The notes under the pieces were generated by a model. It made no database searches and was not told the origin of the DNA. It worked only from the letters and a program-made list of their open reading frames with translations. This document shows positions 36,746 through 51,700 of a stretch of DNA of 64,000 nucleotides, in pieces. Position 1 is the first letter of the stretch. Each line of letters begins with the position of its first letter. Source of the stretch: Magallana gigas (Eukaryota); the NCBI RefSeq assembly GCF_963853765.1, contig NC_088854.1, forward strand, positions 59,148,001-59,212,000, read 5' to 3'. The position numbers were made by a program, and so were the translations under genes.

Positions 36746-39700
36746 CAAAGACGAAAAAGATGGTCTCCTGTATATGTGGCAAGGTTACCATGGAGATGTG
36801 GAGGTGGTTAAGTTTCCCGCCCTGTTTGGCATTCCCATCAGGAAGGTTGCTATAGGGACCGACCACTCGGTTTTCTTGACATTAGATGGGCGCTTGTTTT
36901 CCTGTGGGAGCAATGTCCATGGACAGCTGGGAGTGATTACCGGAGACAAGGATCAGGCTTATGATCCTGTACAGGTGTCTGGATTATCAGGTAAATCCAG
37001 GTGTTCTTACCTAGTCAGGAAATCACATCAATTTTTAATTTGAAATGTAATTTCCTTTAAAATTGGCATACCACTGAGCATGTCAAAAAGATGTATTTTG
37101 CTGTTGAGCTTACTCATGATTAATTGAATGGATATACTTGCAAAGTTTTTCCCCCTCCCCCACCCCCCCCCCCCCCCCAACAAATAAAAGATGAAAACTA
37201 TACTTTGATATTCAGTTATAAAAGCAAGAATTTTCCATCAAGAACAGTGAATTTTACCGGGTACTTTGTTTTTATATATTGCTTCAATTATAGATGTCCA
37301 GATAAAGGATGTGGCTTGCGGTTGTAACCACAGTGCAGCGGTCAGTAGATTAGGACAGGTGTACTGCTGGGGGGATTCCCGGGAATTCCAGTGTGCCTCC
37401 ACGGAGAAGACAGTGACTGTCCCACAACTAGTCCCGGTCCACCGGGAGACCTTCGACCATTGTCAGCACGGAGTCCCTATTGAGGACCAGGTTGACATTG
37501 TAGAGGTGTCCTGTGGAAAGTCCCACACTGTAGCTCTGTCTGGGGCCAGGGAAGTGTGGGTGTGGGGGTCAGGGGAGGGGCTGGGGATCAAACAGAAATC
37601 CACCGCCTCCCCTGTTCTGTTGGAGAGACTCGTGGGGAGAAATGTCCTGGGGATAAGTTGTGGGTTCTCCCACACGCTGGCTGTGTTAGAGAGGAGTATA
37701 CTGGAGGATTCGTATTCCCCAGTGAAGACTAGGAGGTCCAGGGCCTCAGAGACCAATACTCACAAAATCCTCCCAAAAACCTGTGCCAAATGTAACTCTG
37801 AGATTTATACCTATCAGGAGACCAATGATACTTGTATCATCAATGATGAACATCTGTGTAAGTGTGATAATGAATCAGAATTAGCAGATCCAGGAGTTGG
37901 ACAGAGGGCGCGATGTGATAGTGATGTGTTTGAAAGTGTTGAGGACTCAGATCAAAGGAAAACCAAGGAAAAGTCGGGGGCGCCTCAGATAAATGAAGAA
38001 CATCATGAGGAGGAAGATATATGGGTGAAACAGGAGACTTTTCCTACCAGTGAATCAGCAGGAAACAGTTCCTCAGATCATCAAGGAATGCAGAAGTGTC
38101 CAGGGTCAAATAGGCTGTCAGCAACAAAATCTGTCAGCTTCGTCAATGAGGAGGAGGCAAGGAAGTACCTTGCCGAGCAGTACGAGGACAAAACAGAGGA
38201 AGAAGATTGTTCTCAACAACAGGACACACCCTCCACTTCTACCCTGGGGAGTCTGTTGTCCTCGGTGCAGATGTACCCATCTGACGTGATCAACCATATT
38301 TCTGCTGTTCCTCAACAAATGTCCTCCATGACCAGTAAAGCCCTCAGTAGTATCACCGATAAACTGGGCTTCTCTGCAGACAACCGGCCGAGGGACACAA
38401 CTTCAGAGAGCAGTGGGATGGGCTCACAGCTCTTCCTGGCCTTTGATACCTCCGAGGAGGATCTCAGGTCTCAGGGAGTGGAGGTCCCAGACCCTCAGGG
38501 AGTGGAGGTCCCAGACCCCCAGGCCTTGATGGAGACAAGTTTTATCAGTGACTCAGGCATAGAGGGAAATACAAATAGGCTATCACTGCGGACAATAGAG
38601 GCCAAACAGGAAAACCTGAGTAAAAAGACCACCATTGGTAAGTCTCAAGTGTCTTCTATAGGTTTGCTTAACAGTGTTACATGTATATAAAGACAGGTAC
38701 TAATGATTCCCTCCTTTGTTCTGTAATTAAGACCAGCTTCAAGTTACCTCAGAAGCTACAGAGTCCTTAATTACCTTGGAAACAGAGGTGTGGTCCTGGG
38801 GTAAAAATAACAAAGGACAGCTGGGTCATGGAGATGAAATTGATAGGTAAGTGCATCAAAATCTGTACTCTTGAAATCTTGTTTGTTATATTGATTTAAT
38901 AATGCCATGTATTCGTACATACTAAAGATTCCTAATTAAGTACGATGAATTGATATCCTTGTAAAATTGCACGAGGCACATCGCACAAATTTTGAAATAT
39001 TTTTAGTTTTTGGACAGAATTAAATTTAATTACACTATGATAAAAATTAGGTGTTCTTGATTTTATATTCTTGTGATGTGATGCACAATAATTGAATTGC
39101 AGAATTAATTTCTTGCGTAAAATAAGGAATCCACAGTATATTCCAATCTGTTTAAAATACATGTATCTAAATCAAAGAGCAATCTAAAAAGACATGTTTT
39201 ACTCTATAAAAGTAAAGAAGTTCGTGGCATATTGGTGCATGAATGTTATTATGACCAGAGGTTGCTTGTTCAATTCCCCTCTTACAGTATATGATTTTGA
39301 TTCAGGGAACGTCCCGAGGTGGTGAGGATGCTTATTGGGACGAAGGTGGTCAAGGTCTGTGGAGGGGGATTCCACTCCCTAGCCCTGACCGCAGACTCAA
39401 AGGTCAGAACAAGACTCTTGCAGATCTTTTAATGGGTCCGGAAGAAAACAAACTTAACTGAAGCTGGACTATGTCCTCTTTATTACCTCTTATGTTTATG
39501 TATCATTCAAGACTTTTGATTTTGATTGTTACTTATATTTGACCTTTGATATCTATTTTAGGTTTACAGCTGGGGGTTAAATGCATCGGGTCAACTGGCC
39601 CGCTCTGATAACACAGCAAAACCGTGTCCTATAAAGGTACGATAGGTTCCATACCTGGTAATGGCAGTCATCAATGCAAGGTTATATATATATAGAAAGG

Positions 39701-42700
39701 GTGCTGACCACTTGCAAAATAGATAATACAATCTTTCTGGCTTTCTGGGAAGTGATTTTGATTATGAAAAGAAAAGAAGAATTTGATAGAAAATTATATT
39801 TATCACAGAAGTTTATCATTCCTGAAAAGGGGAAATGGTGTGGGTAATCATATCAAATTATCTCCCTTGCAATGTAAGAAAGTGACCTAAAAAATAATGT
39901 TCAGCACAAACAAAATCTTTTAATGTTAATCTTTTGATCTTTGAAAAAAGCAAGAATACTTATTGAGTAATTTTTTGGTTCTGTACAACCCTGAGAAATG
40001 GAACGTGTTAATGTGAATAACTTGTGTTTTCAATCTAAAAGCTGATGGACCGTTGCTATGCCTGGGACATAGCTGCAGGGGAGAAATTCTCGGTGTTTCT
40101 GATGGACCGAGACGGATTCCAACCAGAAATCCACTACGTCGGGAAACACCCATGGTAGTGATGTCTCTTATTACACACTTAGTACACATTATACCAAAAT
40201 GTTTTCATGAACTACAGAGTTTTCTTCATTATACACCTTGAATGTATTGAAGGTATATTATTGACTAAAGATGTCAAAAGGATTGGACACAAGTTCTAGT
40301 AACTTAGATTGTCCTCTCTTTTTTGCATAAATTATATATTAAACTGCCATACAATTCCATGATCCTTGAATGTGATGAATGAATCCATTCTTGATCTATT
40401 TCAGTAGAGATCTCTATGTGCCAATATACAAAACAAACCGTCTGACCTGCTTGAATTTCTTAAAACAAGTAAGTTCTCTCTAGACAGTAAGGTATCCAAC
40501 AGTTTTCTGGATTTATTATTTGGGGGGTTGGATGTTCATGTGATCAGATATTAATGAAAAAATTGGGACATATGTATATAAGATGTGAGAAATTAATGAA
40601 CAATGATTTATTCTTGCAGGCAGGCTGGGTGCGTGCAATATCAGCAGGAGAAGATAACTCCGCCTGTATTTCCTGCTGGAGTTTTACAGGATTTACAGCT
40701 TCCCTGTTTGAGGTCGCAGCCGCTGAGAGGAGATTTTACAGCTTTCTCAACTGTATCCTCTCCTCTGTGGTCCACCCTCTCAAAGAATCAAGTAAGGGCT
40801 GCCATTCTATAAAAGCTCAGACAGAAATTGATTTATAATTCTTAGCCAAGGTCACAGTGTTAAATGTCAGGGTTGAATTGAGCAGGTTTCTTCAGTACCC
40901 TGGATGTGTTCCCGTACAAGTCCTGTACCCAGAACCTGCTGGCTGCATTTGAGAATATCACCAATCTGGTAGGTGGCTGCCAGTTTTCATGTTTCAAAAA
41001 TCTTTTAAGACATTGATAATGGTCCCAAAATGAATGGTAACTGACAGAGAAAGAGTTTCCATGAGTTTTGATCATTACAGAAAGCAAGAACAAGGGTTAA
41101 ATTTCAACCAGAGTGCATGTGATATATAAGCCATTAGATCAGACATATCATGAAATGAACAGGAAACTTATTTTTATAACCTCATAGTTGTATGATTTCA
41201 CAGTATGTTTTAAGTCTACATGACTAAAGGGTTCATGAATCCTCAAATCCTTTATGTAATCTCATGTTGTTGTGTCGCATGTGCCTCATCGTTCTTGTAG
41301 ATTGGGGAGAACTCTGTGGACTTGACAAACAGGATACGGTCCATGGACAACTTCTTGGAGGCTAATTTCTTTGTGAGGTGTGAGGAGATCATCAGTGAGT
41401 TCAAGGTCCTTTCCATCAGCTTCGCGGACATGTTGGCCATCGGGGGCTTTGATTACTTGTGTAAAACTGGGAAGTGAGTCCCTTTTTACTAGAACCTGAT
41501 TTCCTGTATAATTGTCATTGAATCATATGTTAGTCAAGTGTATAGAACAAATTTTGTTATCAGAATAAGGCTGCATTTTTTTTTTCAATTCAATATTCAA
41601 CATTACCGCGGTAAATGAAAATCAGCAGGTACATGTACAAGAGTTTGAAAAGAATGAAATGCTGTAATGAGGTTTTTTAATTTCTCTTTGGCAGACAGTT
41701 TTTTGATTCCATAGACAAGGAATTACAGACTCTGCTAGATGGATCTAAATATAGCCAGAAAAACAAGGCCGAAAAACTACAGGTGCTATTCGATCGACCG
41801 TTCAGTCACATCAAGGAATACTGTCGACTCACCGAGAAGCTGGTCTGTAATTATGAAGCCGTAAGTAAATTCTAAAAAAATTCTTAGTCAAATCAAATGC
41901 AGTGGATTACAAATAAAGATCATTTAAGTGAAAATATGATAATGTATTTGAATCAATAGCTTGTAATTCTTGGATTTATCTCAATTATACACTATAAGTC
42001 CATGATATAAATCATATACATTACATTGTACATGTACCTTACATTCAAGTAATGGACATTAAAGAATAATGTATAATGTGAAAATTTTTTCGAGGGGGGG
42101 GGGGGTGGTGGGTGGGGTGGGGATGGGGGGGGGGATTGGTTTGCCAGGGGGTTTCTGAGGACTATTTTAGGTAACTTCATTATGTGAATTTAAGAACTTT
42201 CACTTTCCTAGGGGTGGGTGTGGATGGGTCCAGACCCCTGACCCCCTCTAGATCCACACATGATGTATATGCATTTCGGTATTCCCCAGGAAACACTGGA
42301 GAACTGCCTGTTAAGCAGAGTGACCCTACAGTGGCAGACCCTAAAGCGGACCACCAGCACTGACCACAGACAGGCCAAGAACACCAAGGTCTTCTGGGAG
42401 GCCCTCAACTTCCCCAAACTGATAGTGAGTGGTACTACCGGTAATGTACTAGTGGTACTAGTGTTTCTAGTATTATGCCAACATACATAAAATTATTGTG
42501 AGTGGTACTAATGTATATTGTAGCACATTGTACTAGTGTTTCTAGTATTATGCCAACATTCCCAAACTTACTGTGAGCAGTGCTCTTTCATCTACTGGTA
42601 GGGTCAAATGAGTTTTTTGGGTTATAATTTGAGTGGCAAAAAACTGGTTTGCCTACATCGGGATAGAGATATTTTTATCAAAAACTGCTTTATATGCAGA

Positions 42701-45700
42701 CAAATCATCTTACTTTTTCACTTATTTGTTCATTTCAAAACTGCATCTGCAACTAAAAGAAGCAATTTGAAAATACTGCACTTTGTAGCAAGGTTTTAGT
42801 AATATTTGGGTAGCCTTAGAAGTATCGGTCAATGTTTCACCTTTGAAAGCATTGTAAGCAGCCAGGAAGGACAACTCTGTTGACATGGCATATTCTCTAC
42901 TCTCCACAGGATGCAGTGAAGATCCCCACGAGGCGTTTGGTCCGGGGCAGCAGGGACCACACCCTCTCTCTGTACGGGGCGGGGCGCATGTCCACCCATG
43001 ACTTCTTCCTCTTCAACGACCTCTTTGTTCACGCTCAGGTCAGTAGACTCACATCTTTGTTGTACATTATATCATTAAATGGTTTATTTTTACGTCGTCG
43101 TGTCAATAACTGCTGTCAGGTGAGCAGACAAATTATCATAACACGCAATATTCACTTTGCTCACTTGACGGCAGTAATTGACACGACGACATCAAAAATA
43201 ATTCATTTAATGCTTATATTTACATTCCCTTATTGATGGAATAATTTATTTTATTTAATGAATCAGTATAAATTGTTGATCATTGAGGGAGTAAATTAGT
43301 AACAGCAAGAACAGCTGTTTTCTAAGAGATAAGTTAAGATGAGCCTTGAAAATATAATCCATGAAAAATAACTCATGAAATTTTGCTTTTAAGAATAGAA
43401 TCAACTTTATTGTTGAATAATTGGAAAACAAGGTGTTTTAACAACATGTATAAAATATTTTTTTAATTTTATTACATAGAAACAATGATCTGGAGCTACT
43501 TATGTAAACTACATGTAAATTCATACACAGTGATTAGGTTGTTGCATTTAGAGGCATTTAAAGATCACAGAATTTAATGGAAAAACACAGTAGATTGTGA
43601 ATATTATTTTGTAAACAATGGGTTTTTGATATTTTAATTTTAATGACTGAATAAAACAAAATGGTATTTTTGTATCTAAGTAATTTTCATTTCCTGACAA
43701 TCTAATTCTGAGGATGTTTATATACATGTATAATGAAACTGTAAATGCAGAATAATTCTGATTTTGTAATATTACATGTAGCTTAAAAAGCGTCAGTTTG
43801 GTCAATCAAAGGTAGTATGATCTCCTTGTTTGAACTTCATCATTCTATGCTAATACAATACATCATCAGATGCTATTAATTCTTTTAACAAACAGCATTC
43901 AACAAAAACCATCATCACTTTTATATTGCATTATTGAGATGCTTTAAGATTAAATGAATAAAAAATATTACAACATGTACTGGAGTAGATGGCAAGTGTC
44001 GATGTTTTTATGTAATTATTTAATAGCACATGTTATACCCATGTTATACCAAGTACCTGAGACATTGCCTGCTAGAAGAGGCATGACATCCCAGTACAAA
44101 CAACAATATAAATACATGCCCCATAAAATCATTAACCTTGTTTATAGATCATCCAGTATATGATAGGTTTGTCTGAGGAAAACACATGTAGAATTTTATA
44201 CCAGTGAAAATTTTAAATCTATTAAAACCATACATACATGCATGTACTGCCTGAATTGTCATACATCCACTATATATATATTGACCTTTGTTTTATTCCC
44301 CTCCAAACAAAGGTTGGAGTATTATTAGTCTGTATTGGAAAGCGCAAATTATTTTGACTTTGATTTTGTTTATGTTAAAAAGCCAAGTTTATAGCTGATT
44401 CCTTTGTGATTAACATGTGGCGAATCACCATTTGTTTACAGTATTCAGCATTCCAAACCTACCCCTTGGAGACCCTATGGGTTGAAACACCAGAAAATGA
44501 AAAGCAAAGGTAATAACTCCTTATATTTCACTAAAAATATTATTTTAAATTCCTACAATATAGTAAAAAAATATCATCTAACGAACTCTGTAAAGCCGCG
44601 GCCAGTTGGCTACAGGACTTATTATTCAAGATTTCTTATGGTGCACATCTCCATTCCAGGAACTTAATCTCCTTGATCACGCCGGAGGAAACACTTGTAT
44701 TGTCTACCGCTGACAGCAACGGAAAGGTAAAAATTCAAAAAATAAAAATTCTATAAATGCTCAGTTGTAGTAAATTTCTGTAAATTAGCATCTTTAAATC
44801 CTACTTTCATTTTATTAAGCAGACAATTTAGCTGCTTTTAAAAATGTTTACAAGAAGTTTATCTTATAACTCTCTCAATTTTAAGCTTCGTGAATCCTGT
44901 GATGTATTTTATTCTATACAGACGGAGTGGCTGATCGCTCTGAACTCCACGATAAACAAAGTTCTGAGTCGTCAGAAGTCTGTGACACGTAGAGGGAGCC
45001 ATGATCGCCTGACTCCACCTGACATCCGCTTTGCTAACCACCAGTTTATAAAACATGGCGTGTTCAAAGGGGCCACCTACTCCGGCTACTGGTTGTCAGG
45101 GAAGTTACACGGCTTGTATGTTTACATTTCACAGCTTTTATGTTGGATATTATTGAATGATCTGGAAAATTACACAGCTTGTGTGTTTAATATTTTTTGG
45201 AAGATCTAGGAAATAAAGATTAGTATATTAACATTCTCACTCAATTGAAACATGTACATTACACAAAATAGTGCCATAGAAATGTCTGAGTTACACTTGA
45301 TCCCAAAGTTCTTCTGATCTTTGTCTACGCCCCAATATAGATGATAATTGCCATGTCACCATTCTTCAGTATGGCTGCTTTGTTCTTTGTCTCAGCATCC
45401 ACACACTAGTGTGGCCGTATTGGGATATATGTGTCCTCCATCACAACATCACAATCCACGGTTATCATATGAATGATTATTTTTCTTATTGTTTCAGCGG
45501 TGAGATGAAGTGGGCAGATGGACGGAAATATGTTGGACACTTCAAGGAAGGATTACAGCATGGGTAGGAGAGAAGGAATGATCAAGTCTGAGTCAGCTGT
45601 TTCCTATAATGGACTTACCAGTATACTTTGTTGTAGCGGATCTGTAGGCTAACTATAACTAAGTTTACTTGTTCATTGATTGATTCAGTTTCTTTGCAGA

Positions 45701-48700
45701 CACGGCAAGTTAATTCTAAAGCAGAATGACGGGAGTGAGAGAACTCAGGAGGGGTACTGGAGAGATGGACTCCTACATGGACTGGCCAAAGTCAGGTCAG
45801 TTATAGATAAAGTAGTTAATGGATGGGGGGGGGGGGGGTACTGGAGAGATGGACTCCTACATGGACTGGCCAAAGTCAGGTCAGTTATAGATAAAGTAGT
45901 TAATGGATGGGGGGGGGGGGTACTGGAGAGATGGACTCCTACATGGACTAGCTAAAGTCAGGTCTGTTATAGATAAAGTAGTTAATGGATGGGGGGGGGG
46001 GTACTGGAGAGATGGACTCCTACATGGACTAGCTAAAGTCAGGTCTGTTATAAAGATATAGTAGTTAATGGATGGGGGGGGGGGGGGGGGTACTGGAGAG
46101 ATGGACTCCTTCATGGACTAGCTAAAGTCAGGTCTGTTATAAAGATATAGTAGTTACAGGACTGGGGGGGGGGGGATTACTGGAGAGATGGACTTCTACA
46201 TGGACTAGCTAAAGTCAGGTCAGTTATAGATAATGCCATAGTCACACATTCACAGATTAAATGCCGGATTAGCTACGGAAGCGATCCGGAATCATTCGTG
46301 GCGATATGTATTGACCCGTGGCTTTTCCGTCTGTTATCGTATCCAAACGTAGCAATACTTCTATAGCTGCGACAATTTTTGAACATGTTCAAAATTCCAC
46401 TACGGATGAAACCACCGTAGTACTTCTTTAGAAAAACTTACTAAACCGTTTTAGAACGTAGAAGTCCGTTTTAACTCCTATAAACCTGTAGTAATTCGTA
46501 TGTATCAATTTGTATCCATTCCGTAGTGCATCCGTACTAACTCTGTATCATTAGATTTTCCGGTGTCAACTGTGGAAAATATTCTGTAGTAGAATCGTGG
46601 AGTTGATCTGTGAATGTGTGACTGGGGCATAAAGTAGTTAAAGGATTATCGGGGGTTTACAGGAGAAATGGACTCCTACATGGACTAGCTAAAGTCAGGT
46701 CAGTTATTAAGATACAATAGTTAAAGGATTTGGGGGGGGGGGGGGACTGGAGAGATGAACTTATTCACGGACCAGCCAAAGTCAGTTCAGTAATACATTA
46801 GTTCAAGGGATTGGGGGGGGAGGGGGTACTGGACTTCTACATAATTAATGGACTAGCGCTAAAGTCAAGTCAGTAAATAGATAAATAGATAATTCTCTCT
46901 AATAACTGAAGTGTAATCTTGTATGCCCTCTGGGACCAAAATTGGAAATAAAACCATTATTATTATTATATCAATACAGTAGTTAGAGGACTGGAGGGGG
47001 GGGAGGGGGGGGGGGGGGCTGGAGAAATGGACTCCTTCACGGACTAGCCAAAGTCTACATGGACTAGCTAAGGTTGGATCAATTATAGATGCAGTATTTA
47101 AAATACTTGGTGGGGGGGGGGGGGTACTAGAGATATGGTCTCTTTCACTCAGACTGTTTCATTATTCCTACATATACATGTACATACGTATTGTTTACAA
47201 TCCATCCTTGTATTCTTGTTAAATCCACAGTAGGTCCATAATTCAATTCATCAGTATACTCCTTGATATTTATTCTATTCTATTTAGATATTCTTATTAT
47301 TTATTCTGTTTCTGTTAAGGTATTCTAATGGTGACCTGTATGAGGGAGCCTTTAAAGACGGACAGAGACACGGTCATGGCATCTATCGCCAGGGACAACA
47401 CGCCTCAATGGCCGCCAGTGTTTACATTGGAGAGTGGGTTTCAGACAAAAAGCATGGCTATGGAATCATGGATGATGTCATGAAAGGTGAGGTGGTCAGC
47501 AATTTTTCAGAGGTTCCAATTGTGTAGTTANNNNNNNNNNNNNNNNNNNNNNNNNNNNNNNNNNNNNNNNNNNNNNNNNNNNNNNNNNNNNNNNNNNNNN
47601 NNNNNNNNNNNNNNNNNNNNNNNNNNNNNNNNNNNNNNNNNNNNNNNNNNNNNNNNNNNNNNNNNNNNNNNNNNNNNNNNNNNNNNNNNNNNNNNNNNNN
47701 NNNNNNNNNNNNNNNNNNNNNNNNNNNNNNATTTCAAATTGGTAAAAAGTAGTGAATAAACTAAATTTATTTGATTACTATATACAGGGAAATATATGCC
47801 CCCATTGTATTTGCCCCTTTCCCCCTCGCTGTCAGTAGGTGAATTTTAGACTGGGCGAATCTCGATCTCTCAAATATCTTTTTTCAAACACAAAATTGTC
47901 TGGGTGAATTCTAGACAGAGCAAAAACCATGTGCAAGTAAAGAAGGATGAAGAAAAAAATGGAGCAATAATAATCATGCATACAGTAGTCTTAAGTTATC
48001 CAGAAAGACACTCGGTAATGTGTTTTGTTGTCCAGTTTGACAGATTCAGCTCATGGATTGTGTTTTAGGTTTGTGACTGTGCAATCTGGTATTTTGGCCC
48101 AATACTATATCTGTTAATTTTTAGAGTACATATATATTGTACTAGGTGATGGGTATGATGACTTGGTAATCCAAATGTTGACTGTTACGGGATATAGTGA
48201 TATCCTAATCTTTTTGTCGAACTGGGGTTTTGTGATTTTCCTTCTTTGTACAATCATACTTAAGTATCCAGTGAATAAGCAGATAATGACCACTAATTCT
48301 TTTTTTATCGCTGTCTAGGAGAGAAGTACATGGGGATGTGGCAGGACGACGTCAGACAGGGCAGTGGAATCGTGGTCACTCTGGACGGAATGTACTTCGA
48401 GGGCAACTTCACCAACGACAAGCTGACGGTTAGTAGAACAGAAAGGAATGAAATACACGAAAATTCTTCATGATATTCTCCGTGAATAATCTATCTGTTG
48501 GTATAATCTATACATAACTCTTTATGACTGTGTAAGCTGTGTGACTGACTTTGGCTGTTTCTGTAACAGGGGTTTGGTTTGATGATGACGTATGACAACA
48601 GCTGTTACGAGGGGGAGTTTGCAGGAATTACACAGCTACAAGGAAAGGTCAGTAGTTTGGTAGATATGATACGAGATGTTTTGATTTTTACGAAAAGTTG

Positions 48701-51700
48701 ACTTAAACAAGTTTGAAAAATGTTTGTTGTGATATAACATAATTAAGGAGATTTTCCAGAAACTATTTTTTAAAAGATAATTATATGATGTGTATGTGAT
48801 ATAGGAAACTGGGGATCTCTAACCCTGAAACTATTGAAGGAGAGTTGAAAGTGTCACTTTGCCATTAATATGTCTGTGATTTAATTTAAACATTATTCTG
48901 TTGCACTTGTATGATAACTCAGCACTGTGTATGGTACCTATGAAATAGTGAAAACTAATTTAAATCATTTTGTGATGTGTTTGTGAAAATTATATGGTGT
49001 ATATTTGATAGGGCAAGCTGAGAATGCCAAACCGTGACACCATTGAGGGGATGTTTAGTGGCTCATGGAACGAAGGACTGAAAATCAGTGGAGTCTTTAA
49101 GAAAGCTGAATATACAGACAGCAAGAAAACAGGACACAGACTCTCACAGTAAGTCTATGGATCTGCTAACAGGGTCATAGTATACCCTAAGTCCTTGCAC
49201 CAATCCTTGTACATACTATATGTAGTTATTGTGAACCAAGTAATATACATGTTCATTAAAATCCTTCAGATTTGACAGCAACGTCTACTCACGAATATTT
49301 GTTGCATGCAGGTATAAAACACACTTCTCTAAATAAAACTGCTTTCTGGGTGTATAATGACACATATATTACGGTACTTGGTTTAGAGTATTCTGCATAT
49401 CTTGTTCAAAGATGATTCATTCATTGACTCAGTATTATCAGGGATTTTGTTTGGAGCTTTGTAAAGGAAATTATCATGTCTAACTATATGAAGTTAATTC
49501 AACATTTCTAGTTGCTGTTTTATTACCTATTAATTTAACATTCTCTGAAAGTTCCTTAACCTGCAGTCATGCAGCTTCAGGACTTAAAACCCTATTGCTT
49601 TTCCTGATAATTTTCACTCTCTGACATTTACCAAGTCAGTTTTACCTTATATATTCAAGGATCTTTGGCACCATGGCCGTTCCTGCCAATCAAAAGTGGG
49701 AGGGCATGTTCCAGCAGTGTATCAATGTATTCAGGGTCAAAGGTCAGGACCAACTTAACACCCAGAAAGCCTGGGAAAATGTGGCAGTTACTCTGTCAAA
49801 GGGGAAGAAGAACATCAGAGAAATCCACCCAAAGTAAGAGATGACTACAGAGAACGTGCTGATATCAGCTTGTATATGTACATGTATATACATATTATCA
49901 AAACCGATTGGTGAGGTTTTTCTGATAGCATCAGGATCAATTCTGATGGTTATGTCAAACATAACCAAACCGCTATTGTTAAAACTTTATGATTTAATCA
50001 ACTTGTGTTCTTAGGCGAAGTTATCTATGCAGACTTATGCAATGCCAGAGCTTATATTGGATTTCACCGAAAAGTTATTTTCCCACAACATCAGCTATTC
50101 CCTTGTGTTTAAATTCTATGCAAAGCTCTCTCTGTGTAAACTGGTGTTAAACCGTAGTCTCAAGTCATGCTATAGAGTATGCACAGCTCTCTTCTTGATG
50201 GAAGAGGATCAGTGATGTTGGATTGTGACAATGGCATTTAAACAAAATACATGCATGTCTCAACGACATATGGTAAAGAAGTTGTGTTTTGATTGAATGT
50301 TCAAAACTTTCAGGGGCAGTGATTGCTAGAAAGTTTTTTAAAGTCTCTATCTCTTATGGTTTCTGAGTAGTGGCAAAAACAAGCGCTCATATAAAAGAGG
50401 CATTAACTATTTAACTGTTTCAAGGTTGGAGTTGAAGGGCTATATTTTTAAATGCCTTAAAGAGTCCTTTCACATTCATGATATGTTTTCTCTACCAACA
50501 TAAACAATAGAAATATAAAAAAATCATTGATTTCCTGACTTTCGACCTTGACCTTAATGTTATTTTAATCAGCCAAGGTGGACATTTCCATCCCATGTGG
50601 TCTGATGTCTCTATGATGAATGGTTCCTGACTTGTTTGTGTTTTTATTGAAGTTTAGGAGTTTTCAGGGGCAATAACTGCTACTAGGGGTCATCAAATCC
50701 TTTCGGTATGAATAGAAGAAGTCTCTTGGTGAATTACAGATATTCGTGAAAGTGTCAAGTCTCTACCTGTAATGGTTTAAGTGTTAAGTGATTACAATCA
50801 TATTGTAATATAGATGCAATAATTCCATAATTATTTCAAGGTAGGCACCGAAAGGTTATATTTTGAAATGTCTTCAGAAATCATACTACATCCATAATTA
50901 TAAGTTTTTCAATACCACTATTTATATGAAATCTCATTAATACATGTATACAGATTTTTGAATGACTTTGACCTTTGATCTTATGCCAAGGAAGATGTTT
51001 CAATCCCAAGTGGACCAATATCTCTACAATGTATGGTAAAAATGCTGTGTTTTTGTTGAATGTACGAAAGTTTCAGCAGCAAGAACCGCTAGAAGGGGGC
51101 CTCAGGCCCATTTGTTATGAACAAATAATGAAATTGAGGGAGTGTCTAAGTGAACTAATCACAAATACAGCATGGATGGTAGATGCTACAGCTGATAATG
51201 CGTTGCATTGAGTGATGACACTTTCTAATCGGTGTGTATTTCAATTGCGATTCACAACAAACATTCTGATTGGCACATTTATATAGACCCACCCATTATC
51301 AAATGCATGTTGAGAACATGATGCTAACATGTAAAAACAAATGTTGGAGAGAGAAAACTTAAAATAAAGTTGTACTTGCAAGTTAACAATTACAAACAGA
51401 GTTTTTTGACAGGTCATGATGTTTATGTACATGTGTAAATAATGTGAGTGGAAAAAAAACAAAGAAAAAGTTCTCTAAAAGCAGGGATACTGGAATGGTA
51501 TTCTCTTTTGAGAAGTGGACAGGCAATGTCAGGCATAGCCTTCATCTACATGTATGCTATGCCTGTCCACCTCTCAAAAGAGAATACAGAATAAGGTTAA
51601 TCACAGATCAGTCCAAAATTGAACATGTTTGTGCCTTAAATTTCAAGTTTTGTGTACATGTTTGAAAACACATGAACACTTATAGAAGTGTGTAATTGAT

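Noticed and set aside
40603-40812. Alternative frame [11 protein letters not shown]... for an ALS2 exon
   Set aside because: The frame [17 protein letters not shown] fits the exon phases and the alsin DH motif.
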